NCBI GenBank assembly: GCA_963755125.1
Contig: CAVWIP010000005.1
Coordinates: forward strand, 26,228-90,227
Direction of reading: 5' to 3'
Length of the DNA: 64,000 nt
Source: an uncultured delta proteobacterium
GTDB taxonomy: Bacteria; Myxococcota_A; Polyangia; Fen-1088
Every line of letters starts with the position of its first letter. Within the stretch, counting starts at the first letter, position 1. Both the position numbers and the translations under genes were made by a program. Shown in pieces: positions 18,624 through 27,541 of this stretch. The notes under the pieces were generated by a model that did no database searches, was not told the origin of the DNA, and saw only the letters and a list, made by a program, of their open reading frames with translations.

Positions 18624-19724
18624 GTGCTGGCAGCAACGGCCCGGGACGTCTCCACTTTTCGAACCTCGCGGTCGACGCCTGGCCTTGTGCTTTGGTCCAG
18701 CCTGCTTTGCTTGCTCGCAGCGTCGGCGTGTCGACCGAAGCTCCAGCAGCCAGCCCCAGCTTCCCTTCCGGCCAGCGCGTGCGAGGAACAGAGCCGCTCG
18801 GCCACCCTGGCCTGGCTGACCGCCAGTGCGCCGCTTGCCCACATCGCAATGGCACGAGCCCATTCCTGGCTCGACAAACTCACGCTCGACCTGCAGGACT
18901 TGGATCGGAACGGCATTCCCGGCAAGCGCAAGTTGGCCGAGTTGCTCTCTGCGTATGTCGACCTCTACGAGACGGGCAGTGGCGCAGACCGCTCCGCAGT
19001 CCGGACTCGCCTGGACACGCTCGCCGCCATCACCAACGAGCCCTGGTACCACAACATGGACAAGGTCGACGACGCGACCTTCAAGCGTGATTCAACATCC
19101 TATCTGCGCATCGCGCTTCTCATGGATCGCGCCGGGCTGGACACCACGGCCTATCGCAAGCAGATCGAGCGCATCCACGAGCGTCTCAACCAGCACATGC
19201 CCGCCCGCGGGCACCACCAACAGATGGTGTTTCACAACTACTATCATCATTTTGGGCTCAAGGAACCGTACGCACTGGTGGAGGCATCGACCGTCGGCGT
19301 GATCCCCAACCGGCTGAGCCCCTATCAACTGACGCAAACCCAAGCCTACGACCTGACCCATGAGGTGGCAGCCAGATACGAACGCGAGGACATCCCGCCG
19401 CGCGGGGCGTTTCTGCCCGCGGATTTGGTCTATCTTCGCTGGTCGCTCGATCGTCTGACCGTGCGCTATCTCATGGCGGACAACCGAGATCTGGTCAGTG
19501 AACTGGCATTCTGCATGGCCTACGTGGGGTTCACGGACCTGGCCGTGTTCCGGGAGGCCATCAGCGCTCTCCTGCAATCCCAGAACCCTGACGGAAGCTG
19601 GGGCAGCTACCAAGAGGCACGCGCCACCTACGGCCCCAGGCTCGATGTGGCGATGTACCTGCACACAACCGCCATGGCTGTGAAGGCGCTTGCCGTGACC
19701 TTCGCCAACCCGGCATCGCCCTGA
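18624..19724 (+). CDS. Hypothetical lipoprotein, predicted all-alpha, with a QW-like motif (QNPDGSW)
   Basis: C-terminal part of track ORF 17532..19724; LLCLLAASAC lipobox; YDLTHEV, DLVSEL, LLQSQNPDGSWG, LHTT. Start is uncertain: GTG 18624 (TACACT 7 nt upstream) or GTG 18540 overlapping the MFS stop. Confidence 0.7.
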   Translation: MLAATARDVSTFRTSRSTPGLVLWSSLLCLLAASACRPKLQQPAPASLPASACEEQSRSATLAWLTASAPLAHIAMARAHSWLDKLTLDLQDLDRNGIPGKRKLAELLSAYVDLYETGSGADRSAVRTRLDTLAAITNEPWYHNMDKVDDATFKRDSTSYLRIALLMDRAGLDTTAYRKQIERIHERLNQHMPARGHHQQMVFHNYYHHFGLKEPYALVEASTVGVIPNRLSPYQLTQTQAYDLTHEVAARYEREDIPPRGAFLPADLVYLRWSLDRLTVRYLMADNRDLVSELAFCMAYVGFTDLAVFREAISALLQSQNPDGSWGSYQEARATYGPRLDVAMYLHTTAMAVKALAVTFANPASP

Positions 19725-19777
19725 AAATCGCGTGCGCGGCCCTCGCACGGCCTGGCGGTGAAGGTCGGCCTCGGTGG

Positions 19778-21121
19778 CTATCGGCCGTCCTTCTTCTGCT
19801 TCTGCTGCTGCTTTCGCAGTGTCGCCAGGCGTTCGGCGATGTCGCGCTCGCGGCCATTGCTCGACGGCTGGTAGTAGTGCCGCCCTTTCAGTTCCTCGGG
19901 CAGGTAGTCCTCGACGACGAAGTTTCCTTCATAGTTGTGCGGATACTTGTACCCCTTGCCAAAACCCATGGACTGGCCTAGCGCCGAGCTGGGGTTGCGC
20001 AGGTGCAGCGGCACCGCCAGCGCGCCGTGCTCTTCCACGTCGGCCTTGGCCGCGGCGTAGGTCGTGACCGTGGCGTTGCTCTTGGGCGCAACCGCGAGAT
20101 ACACCGCCGCTTGCGTGAGCGGGAGGTGCCCCTCGGGCATGCCCACGAAACGAAGCGCGTCGGTCGCTGCCATGGCCACGCGCAAGGCATTGGGGTCCGC
20201 GTTGCCAATGTCCTCGGCGGCGAAGATCACCATCCGCCGCGCGACGAAGAGCGGATCCTCGCCTGCTTCCAGCATCCGCGCCATCCAGTACACCGCCGCA
20301 TCAGGATCGCTGCCGCGCATACTCTTGATGAAGGCGCTCACCACTTCGTAGTGCTGGTCGCCCGCCTTGTCGTAGAGCAACGCTCGCTGCTGCAAGGCCT
20401 CTTCGATGGTCTTGGCGTCGATGGACTTTCGGCCCTCGGGGTCGGGCTGCGCGACGGCCGCAGCTGCCTCTAGCGTGGACAACGCCCGACGCGCGTCGCC
20501 GCCGGCCTGGGCCACCATCAGGTCGCGGGTGGCCTCCGAACACTCGATGGGTTCAGCGCCCAGTCCCCGCCTGGGGTCGGCCAGGGCGCGGTCGATGATG
20601 GCGCGCAGGTTTTCCCGGGAGAGCGGTTTTAACACCACCACCTTGGCGCGGGAGAGCAACGGCGCATTGACCTCGAAGGACGGATTCTCCGTGGTGGCCC
20701 CGACGAGGATCACTGTGCCTGCCTCCACATGGGGCAAGAGCGCGTCTTGCTGGGACTTGTTGAAACGATGGATCTCGTCGATGAAAAGCAGCGTCCTTTG
20801 CCCGCGCATGTCCCGCCGCTGGGCCGCCTCCGCCACTGCCTCACGCACTTCTTTCACCCCTGCCATCACCGCGGAGAGCGCCACAAAGTTGGCATTGGTT
20901 TCCGCGGCCAGCAGGCGCCCCAGCGTGGTCTTGCCCGTGCCGGGCGGCCCCCACAGGATGAGCGAGGTCAGCTCCTTGCCGTCAAGCGCGCGCCGCAGCC
21001 AGCGCCCCGGTCCGAGCAGATGGTCCTGGCCAACGAACTCCGCCAGCGAGGTGGGCCGCATGCGTTCGGCCAGCGGCTGTCCCCGTCGGTCCTTGCCCGC
21101 GGCATGTGAGAAGAGATCCAC
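19778..21121 (-). CDS. rarA: Replication-associated recombination protein A (MgsA/RarA AAA+ ATPase)
   Basis: PLAERMRP, WGPPGTGKTT, FIDEIHRFNKSQQD, GATTENPSF, SAFIKSMRGSDPDAA, YKYPH. Confidence 0.96.
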   Translation of the reverse strand: MDLFSHAAGKDRRGQPLAERMRPTSLAEFVGQDHLLGPGRWLRRALDGKELTSLILWGPPGTGKTTLGRLLAAETNANFVALSAVMAGVKEVREAVAEAAQRRDMRGQRTLLFIDEIHRFNKSQQDALLPHVEAGTVILVGATTENPSFEVNAPLLSRAKVVVLKPLSRENLRAIIDRALADPRRGLGAEPIECSEATRDLMVAQAGGDARRALSTLEAAAAVAQPDPEGRKSIDAKTIEEALQQRALLYDKAGDQHYEVVSAFIKSMRGSDPDAAVYWMARMLEAGEDPLFVARRMVIFAAEDIGNADPNALRVAMAATDALRFVGMPEGHLPLTQAAVYLAVAPKSNATVTTYAAAKADVEEHGALAVPLHLRNPSSALGQSMGFGKGYKYPHNYEGNFVVEDYLPEELKGRHYYQPSSNGRERDIAERLATLRKQQQKQKKDGR

Positions 21122-21129
21122 AGCACACA

Positions 21130-23388
21130 TCAGCTATAGCGAGCGCGGACCAAGGCCAGCACGGCGTCCTTCGCACAATGCTCGCAGTAGCCGAAGCGCG
21201 ATTGCAGCGTGTCCAGGGTTCGCTGGGACGTCGTGGCCGCATCCGGCGACATGTGGCCCGGCCCGTCGACCAGGTAGATCAGGATGTCTTCGTTGATCTT
21301 GCGTACCGCCTTCTTGCGCTCGGCGAAGAATGCCTCGCGCAGTTCCGCGAGGGGCCGCGAAAAGATCTGCTCGTAGTCGGGCCTCTGGTCCTGGTGGTCC
21401 AGGGACCACGCGCCAATCTTGGAGATGATCTCGCGCCGGAAGTCGCTGGCCAGCACGCCCCCCACGCCCACGTGTAGCGCCCGCTCCACCTCGGCCATGA
21501 GTTCCTCGTCAGCGTCCTCGTCTTGCTCGGTGACGGGATTGTGGTACTTCTCACGTTTGACCCAGCATGACACCTGGGTGATGTAGCGCTCGAACTGCTG
21601 CAGATAGCGACGTTCTTCCACCAGCCCCATCGAGGTGCGCACCTCGTCGTCGATGCGGTCGATGAGAAGGTCGTGCACCTGGGCGATGAACTTGCCGTTG
21701 TCGTGGAAACCACCCGGCATGGGCTCCTGCCGCAAGAATTCGTACACGCTCGCCGCACGCACCAGCTCCTCCAGCCCCTCGATCACGGCAAACGGCGACA
21801 CGCACCTCCATCTCGCGCTCTGGGCCGCGTTCATCAGAAGCAAGGTCATCTCGCGCGGGGAGGCGCCTGAACGGCCTTCATAGTGGGGGTAGCTATCCGA
21901 TTCGCGCGCGATGGCCTCCACGCCAGCGACAAGCTGCTTCTGCTCCTCGGGCGAAAACGACTCGGGCACCTCGCCCGCGTACAGACGTGCCTTGTCGATG
22001 GGGCCGAGGCGACCGAGCAATTCGGCCAACCCCTCGGGATATTTCTCGGGGTTGGGCTTTCTCATGCGCGTGAGCACCGCCCACAGCGCGGCCACCCAGG
22101 TCACATGCGGGGCCACGTGCCGGTCCGAATGCGCACCCACCGCCTCACCCATGCGCGCGTCGTAGATCTGTTGCTCCAGACGATAGTCGAGCAGATAGGG
22201 TGCGCGTACCAGTTCCATGCGTCCCTTGAAAGACTGGAACTCGGGGCTTTCCTTGAAGGCCGCCAGGTAGCTCTCGTTGGCGGTTGCCAGGAACACCGTG
22301 TCCACCGCGACGCTGGCCACCTCCAGCGATGTCATTCCGTCCTCGACCACGCCCAGGAGGTACTTGAAGGCGTCGAGCGGCCGCTTGAGCAGGTCATCGA
22401 AAGCCAGCAGGCCCCGGTTGCCGTCGACCAGCTCGCCGCTGAACTCGAACAGGGTGAGAGACTGCAGCGCGGGTGGTAGGGTGGCAAGCGAGCGATCCGT
22501 GGTCAACTGGCGCACCCGGGCGTCCACCGCGAGCTGCGGCTCCACCGTGGCCACCGACTGGCGATAGCGCCGCGAGATGAAGAAGCGCTCCACCTGCACG
22601 TGGCGCAAGACCTTGGCGAGATCACCCTGGTAGGAAACCAGCAACGCCTCGAAGATCTGACGGTTGCGGTGAGAAAGATCGCCGTCGAGCAAGGCCCGCG
22701 CTGGCCGCAGACCGGCCGCGATCTGCTGCTCGAGCTTGCCCTCGATCCAAGCGCGCCGCTCCGCGCGTGGCAGGAGCAGGATGGGATGGTCGCGCATTTC
22801 GTCGACGATCTTCGACTCGACCAGATCGTCCTCCAAATAGGCGTAGCTGTCGCCTGGCGCCTGACTCTCGGCGGGCGGGCCGCCGCCGAAGCCGATCCCC
22901 CCCTTGCCAGTGCGCTGCGAGGGGAAGATCCAGTTGAACCGGTAGAGCGCGCCCTCGTCCAGCGATGAGTAGTGCTCCATGGCCCGTTGCACGCACGAAA
23001 CGAACGTGGATTTGGCGCTGCCGTTCGGACCGTGCAGCAGGATGAGTCGGTTGGTGCGTCCCTGCCGAGCGAAATTCGACAGCAGGCGATACACGCCAGC
23101 CTGCACCTCTTCCTGGCCCTTCAGGCTGTCGCGTCCTCTGTCCCAGGGACAATCGAAGAGTTGCCAGCGCGTGAGCGCCCCGCGGGATCCGCTCACGCTG
23201 GTGGTCCCGTAGTGATCGAACACGTCACGCAGGTACTGTGCCGCCGAACGCACCTGATGAGCCATGTCGGTCTCGAACAGGGTCAGGTACTCCGCAAACG
23301 ACATGACCCGCCGGTTGCGGGCATATGCCTGGCGCATGTCCGCGGTGATTTGGCCCAGCCAAGCCTTGGCATCGAAGGTCGAGGACAT
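21130..23388 (-). CDS. PrkA/YeaG-family AAA+ serine protein kinase-like protein
   Basis: LLHGPNGSAKST, GALYRF, DHP, FSGELVDGNRG, PYLLDY, YEGRSGASPRE, NPVT..DEELM, C-terminal FGYCEHCA. Confidence 0.85.
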   Translation of the reverse strand: MSSTFDAKAWLGQITADMRQAYARNRRVMSFAEYLTLFETDMAHQVRSAAQYLRDVFDHYGTTSVSGSRGALTRWQLFDCPWDRGRDSLKGQEEVQAGVYRLLSNFARQGRTNRLILLHGPNGSAKSTFVSCVQRAMEHYSSLDEGALYRFNWIFPSQRTGKGGIGFGGGPPAESQAPGDSYAYLEDDLVESKIVDEMRDHPILLLPRAERRAWIEGKLEQQIAAGLRPARALLDGDLSHRNRQIFEALLVSYQGDLAKVLRHVQVERFFISRRYRQSVATVEPQLAVDARVRQLTTDRSLATLPPALQSLTLFEFSGELVDGNRGLLAFDDLLKRPLDAFKYLLGVVEDGMTSLEVASVAVDTVFLATANESYLAAFKESPEFQSFKGRMELVRAPYLLDYRLEQQIYDARMGEAVGAHSDRHVAPHVTWVAALWAVLTRMRKPNPEKYPEGLAELLGRLGPIDKARLYAGEVPESFSPEEQKQLVAGVEAIARESDSYPHYEGRSGASPREMTLLLMNAAQSARWRCVSPFAVIEGLEELVRAASVYEFLRQEPMPGGFHDNGKFIAQVHDLLIDRIDDEVRTSMGLVEERRYLQQFERYITQVSCWVKREKYHNPVTEQDEDADEELMAEVERALHVGVGGVLASDFRREIISKIGAWSLDHQDQRPDYEQIFSRPLAELREAFFAERKKAVRKINEDILIYLVDGPGHMSPDAATTSQRTLDTLQSRFGYCEHCAKDAVLALVRARYS

Positions 23389-23481
23389 CGCGCTTTGAAG
23401 CTATCACGCGACCCTGCCCGTCGCACGGAAGCCGGTTTCCCTTGTGCACGCGGCTGCGGTATAGAGTCGTGCTGTCGTTCC

Positions 23482-24210
23482 ATGAGAAAAACTTTCTTGC
23501 CCGTCCTCTCCCGCGCGCGTCACGCCATCATCATTCTCGCGGTCCTCATTCTCGCGGTCCTCGTGCCGACAACCACGCCGGCGGCCAGCGAGCCCAAGAA
23601 AGGGCACCAACCCAGGGGCGAAGATCCGTCCTCCGGCGAGGCGGCGGCCAGCGACGCCAAGCCGCAGTTAAGCCCCATGGCTGTGCTGAAGAAGTCTGAC
23701 GCCGCACTGAAGAAGCTGTTTGCGCGCCACGCGCCGTCGTGGTCGCCCGAGGCCGACGCCAAGCGGGGCGAGATGCGCAAGATCGTGGCTGGCTTCCTCG
23801 ATTTCGAGGAACTGGCGCGGCGATCTCTCGCGCGACACTGGGACGGGCTTACGGCCAAGCAGCGAACCGACTTCGTCGCGACGCTGCGCGACCTGATCGA
23901 GCGCAACTACATCAAACAGGTCCACGGATCGCCGAACTACGATCTGGCCTTCGACAAGGAGACCATCGACGGCAAGGAGGCCGATGTGACCGCCACCCTG
24001 CACAGCGTGGTGCGGGGCAAGAAAGAAGACGTGGCGATTGAATACAAGCTCCTCCTCAAGGAAGGCCGGTGGCTGGTCTACGACGTCATCACCGACGAAC
24101 AGAGTATGCTCGAGACCTACCGGGCCGAGTTCAGCAAGACCATCAACAAGGAATCCTTTGATGCGCTTCTCAAGCGCATGAAGAAGAAGCTGGAAGAAAA
24201 GAGTGACTGA
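23482..24210 (+). CDS. MlaC/Ttg2D-family periplasmic phospholipid-binding protein
   Basis: From ATG 23482: signal anchor, LDFEELARRSLARHW, IEYKL..WLVYDVITDEQSMLETYRAEF. Confidence 0.88.
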   Translation: MRKTFLPVLSRARHAIIILAVLILAVLVPTTTPAASEPKKGHQPRGEDPSSGEAAASDAKPQLSPMAVLKKSDAALKKLFARHAPSWSPEADAKRGEMRKIVAGFLDFEELARRSLARHWDGLTAKQRTDFVATLRDLIERNYIKQVHGSPNYDLAFDKETIDGKEADVTATLHSVVRGKKEDVAIEYKLLLKEGRWLVYDVITDEQSMLETYRAEFSKTINKESFDALLKRMKKKLEEKSD

Positions 24211-24273
24211 CAGAAGTGCATCGACGGGATCCGCTGACGGCGCGCACCGAATGTGAGAAACTAGGGTCTGCCC

Positions 24274-25329
24274 GTGCGCATCTCCCCACCGCTTTCCCTC
24301 CTGCTCGTCTTGCTCGGCGCCCAGGGTGCGCTTGCGCAGTCCAAGCCTTCCGCCGACAGCCCGTCCACGCCGAACGGCAAGAACCCAGCCGCCACGCGCA
24401 CGGGGGCAACTTCTGGGGCCGCGCCAAACGGGGCGGACCCCGCTGCGCCCGCTGCCAAGACGCCGGAGCCGGCCGCTCCGCCCGCTGCCCTGACGCCTGC
24501 CCCACCTCTTGCCCCGAATGCCGCCGCCCCGCCGGCCGTGCCCGGGTCCACGCCCCCCGCGAACAGACTCGTCCCCGGGCCGGGCTTGCCTTCGATTCCC
24601 GGCCACCCAGACGCGCAGTACCCGACCACGGCACGGGTTGCCGTCACGGAATTCCAGGTGACCGGCGAGGACGCGTCGCGCGTTCTTGCCATGCGGCTGC
24701 AGGATGGTTTCGTGGTGGGCCTCAACCGCGTGGCGCCCATTTACGTTCTCGATTCGGTCGACGTCGCTCGCTACATCGACATCTTTCCTGAGCTGCAGAA
24801 ATGCGAAGGCTCCATCTGCATCAAGCGACTGGGCCAAATGCTGGACGTCAGCCACGTCCTGCGCGTCACGGTCGCGGTGACGGGAAACAGCTATGACATG
24901 ACTGCGCGTCTGTTCAGCACCGAGGGTCCTTCGCCCGCGGACGTACCCATCGACACCCAGACCAGATTCTGCCCCGTGTGCACGGTCGACGAAGCGCGCC
25001 AGAAGATCATCCAGCTCGGTGACGCCATCAAGAACCCGGTCGAACTCTGGCTGGCCCAGCAACGCCCGCCGCCGCCGCCGCCGCCGCCGCCCTCGTCCTG
25101 GCGCCGTCCCCTGGCTGCGACGGGCATCGCGCTGGGCTTCGCCACCATCGTCGCGGGGGGCGCCTTGCTGGCCAATTCCGGCCACACCGGCAAGAAGGAG
25201 CCGGCTGTGGCCGGTGCCCTGATCGGCGTCGGGGCCAGCCTGGCCGTGCTCAGTTGCTACGTGCTGATCGCGGTGCCGACCGAACCTGCGAAGTCCTCTC
25301 TCAAGGTCGCGATCGGGGGAAGTTTCTAG
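24274..25329 (+). CDS. Exported Pro-rich hypothetical protein with C-terminal hydrophobic hairpin
   Basis: Signal peptide LSLLLVLLGAQGALA, long Pro/Ala linker, alpha/beta domain with CEGSIC..LGQML, poly-Pro, two TM-like segments, ends VAIGGSF. Confidence 0.75.
   Translation: MRISPPLSLLLVLLGAQGALAQSKPSADSPSTPNGKNPAATRTGATSGAAPNGADPAAPAAKTPEPAAPPAALTPAPPLAPNAAAPPAVPGSTPPANRLVPGPGLPSIPGHPDAQYPTTARVAVTEFQVTGEDASRVLAMRLQDGFVVGLNRVAPIYVLDSVDVARYIDIFPELQKCEGSICIKRLGQMLDVSHVLRVTVAVTGNSYDMTARLFSTEGPSPADVPIDTQTRFCPVCTVDEARQKIIQLGDAIKNPVELWLAQQRPPPPPPPPPSSWRRPLAATGIALGFATIVAGGALLANSGHTGKKEPAVAGALIGVGASLAVLSCYVLIAVPTEPAKSSLKVAIGGSF
25066..25092 (+). repeat. (CCG)8-CCC trinucleotide run encoding Pro9
   Basis: Read directly from the sequence. 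Confidence 0.9.
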
Positions 25330-25346
25330 CCGCGCGTCGATGTCGC

Positions 25347-26069
25347 TCAGTCAGCCACGGGTTTTCGGGAGGCGGCAACGCGCAGGCGCTTTGCATGTTC
25401 GACCATGAGCGCGTGGAACTCCTGATAGCCGGCCAATGAGCGCGGCAGATTCCGTTCGCAGTAGGCCTTGGCCGCGGCGTAGCTTGGTTCCTCGCGCTGG
25501 TAGCGGTGCTGGAGCAAAACCCTGAGCGTGTACGCATCGACCACCATTTCGGTCTGCGCGTAGGCGTACAACAGAATGCTGTCAGCCGTTTCCGGCCCCA
25601 CGCCCCACACCTGCAGCAATTGCGCGCGCGACGGCGGGCGGCCAGAAAGTCGCAGATAGAATTCGCAGAAGGCGCGCAGTTTGCGAGCCTTGGCACGAAA
25701 GTATCCCGAGGGGCGGATCGCCTGCTGCAGGTGCTCCTCGTCGACCGCCAGGATCTTGTGCGGCGCCAGCATGCCCTCATCAGCAAGCGCCTGCAGCGCC
25801 TTTTCCACGTTGGGCCAGGCGGTGTTCTGGGTGAGGATGGCGCCGCAGCAGATCTCGAAGCGCTGCGCCTCGGTCCGCGGAAAGGAATAGTCGCCCGGAT
25901 GGTAGCCGGTCAGCCGCCCAGTGAGCGTCGGGTTGCTGCCCCGGTGCTCGAGCAAGGGCCACCAACCCTGCGGCCCGTAGGCTGCGTAGAGACGCTCGGC
26001 GAGAGCGGCCAACGGGATGCGCCGGCCAGGAACAAAAGGCGCTTGCCCGGGCAGGAGAGGCTTGGTCAC
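25347..26069 (-). CDS. HhH-GPD family DNA glycosylase (endonuclease III-like)
   Basis: YGPQGWWP, GAILTQNTAWPNV, IRPSGYFRAKA, HhH LLQVWGVGPETADSILLYA, VVDAY, EFHALMVEHAK; GTG 26069 preceded by TG-A-TAAATT. Confidence 0.88.
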   Translation of the reverse strand: MTKPLLPGQAPFVPGRRIPLAALAERLYAAYGPQGWWPLLEHRGSNPTLTGRLTGYHPGDYSFPRTEAQRFEICCGAILTQNTAWPNVEKALQALADEGMLAPHKILAVDEEHLQQAIRPSGYFRAKARKLRAFCEFYLRLSGRPPSRAQLLQVWGVGPETADSILLYAYAQTEMVVDAYTLRVLLQHRYQREEPSYAAAKAYCERNLPRSLAGYQEFHALMVEHAKRLRVAASRKPVAD

Positions 26070-26261
26070 GCAGAGGAATTTATCAGCCAAGAACCGAAAA
26101 TTCCCCTTTGGCCTTCCTTCTCCGCTCTGCGTTCTCAACCGCGGGTGGCCGTCTGGATGAAGCCCCTCACGTCAATTGTTGTCGCAAGGCTCAGCTATTG
26201 CAGAAAAGGGCCGAAACCGCCGATGATGAGGGATGACCTCCTACCAAAACGACAGATTTGA

Positions 26262-27491
26262 ATGAAACTGGGCGAGATTCTCATCCAGCTCGGGCAGATC
26301 ACGCCCGAGCAACTCGACGCCGGTCTGCGTGCGCAGGAACTGGCCGGCGGAAGACTCGGCACCCATCTGGTTGAGATGGGCTTCATCGGTACCGACCAGC
26401 TTTCCGTCGCCTTGAGCGGACAGATGGGCGTGCCTGCGGCGTTGGAACGTCACTTCTCGCGCGCCGACCCTGCCGTCGTAGCCATGCTGAAAGCCAGTCT
26501 GGCCGTGCGCTACCTGGCGGTGCCGCTGGCGGTTTCGCGCAACGGGGCCAAGCAAGTCTTGGCGGCCATGGCCACACCGCTCGACGTGCTCACGCTCGAC
26601 GACCTCTCCTTCGCCCTGGGCGCTCGGGTCGAACCCCTGGTCGCGGCCGAGACCGCGATCGCCCGCAACATCAGGCGGCTCTACGGCGTGGAGGTGAACC
26701 TCAAAACGCGGCGATCGCTCGTCATGCCGGCACAGACCCCTGCGCCAGGCTTGGGCCAAAGGCCGTTCGCGCAGAATGCCCCGACCCCGACACCAGCCGC
26801 GACATCCACCTCGATCCGAACTTCAGCCGCTTTGGCGCTTGCGCCGCCTGAACGCCCGACCGGCACGAGGCGCGCAGCAGCGCCCAGCCCGAGTCCGCCA
26901 CCCGCACGGGATCTGGCTCCGTCACGGGCGCCCTCGCAACCCCGGGCGCGCCCGCCCGGCCCAGGCCCGGTGGTGAGCCTGGAAGATGCAATTCATCGCC
27001 TGGCTCTGGCCGACCACCGCGAGCAACTGGCTGACGTCGTGATGGACTTCATGCGCGGCCACTTTGGCTGCGGCATGTTCTTCCTGGTTCGCGACGGCCA
27101 CGCGCGCGTGTGGCGCGGTTTCGCCCCCGGCATCCAGGAGGCGGCCATCGAAACCATTGCGTTTCCCATCTCGATGCCATCGTGCTTTCAGCTCGCCCAC
27201 GATCGTGGCACTTCGTTCTGCGGGCTGGCCCCGGCCGAAGGCAACAGGCTGCAGCGCCAGGTCTGGAAGTACCTGCACTGCGAGGAACCCTCCGAGGTCG
27301 TCGTAGTGCCGGTCCAGGTTAAGAATCGTGTCCTCAATCTGGTTTATGCCCACGCCACCGACGGCGGGCCCCTGCCCGCCGGACCGGTCATGGACCTGCA
27401 GGCACTGTGCGCCGCGATCAGCAGCGCCTACGTGCGGATGATCCAGAAACTGAAAGCCGGAGACGCGGCGACCACCGCGTCGGAACGATAG
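26262..27491 (+). CDS. MshEN/GspE N-terminal domain protein without ATPase; C-terminal GAF-like domain
   Basis: Tandem KLGEILIQLGQITPEQLDAGLRAQ / RLGTHLVEMGFIGTDQLSVALSGQ; AAMATPLD; Pro-rich linker; no Walker A. Confidence 0.82.
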   Translation: MKLGEILIQLGQITPEQLDAGLRAQELAGGRLGTHLVEMGFIGTDQLSVALSGQMGVPAALERHFSRADPAVVAMLKASLAVRYLAVPLAVSRNGAKQVLAAMATPLDVLTLDDLSFALGARVEPLVAAETAIARNIRRLYGVEVNLKTRRSLVMPAQTPAPGLGQRPFAQNAPTPTPAATSTSIRTSAALALAPPERPTGTRRAAAPSPSPPPARDLAPSRAPSQPRARPPGPGPVVSLEDAIHRLALADHREQLADVVMDFMRGHFGCGMFFLVRDGHARVWRGFAPGIQEAAIETIAFPISMPSCFQLAHDRGTSFCGLAPAEGNRLQRQVWKYLHCEEPSEVVVVPVQVKNRVLNLVYAHATDGGPLPAGPVMDLQALCAAISSAYVRMIQKLKAGDAATTASER

Positions 27492-27541
27492 CAAGAGCCT
27501 GCCGGTCTTGACATCCACTGCCGGACCATTCTTATGGAAAC

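Noticed and set aside
27508..27540. TTGACA upstream of the second MDR oxidoreductase
   Set aside because: No convincing -10 hexamer at 16-18 nt spacing.
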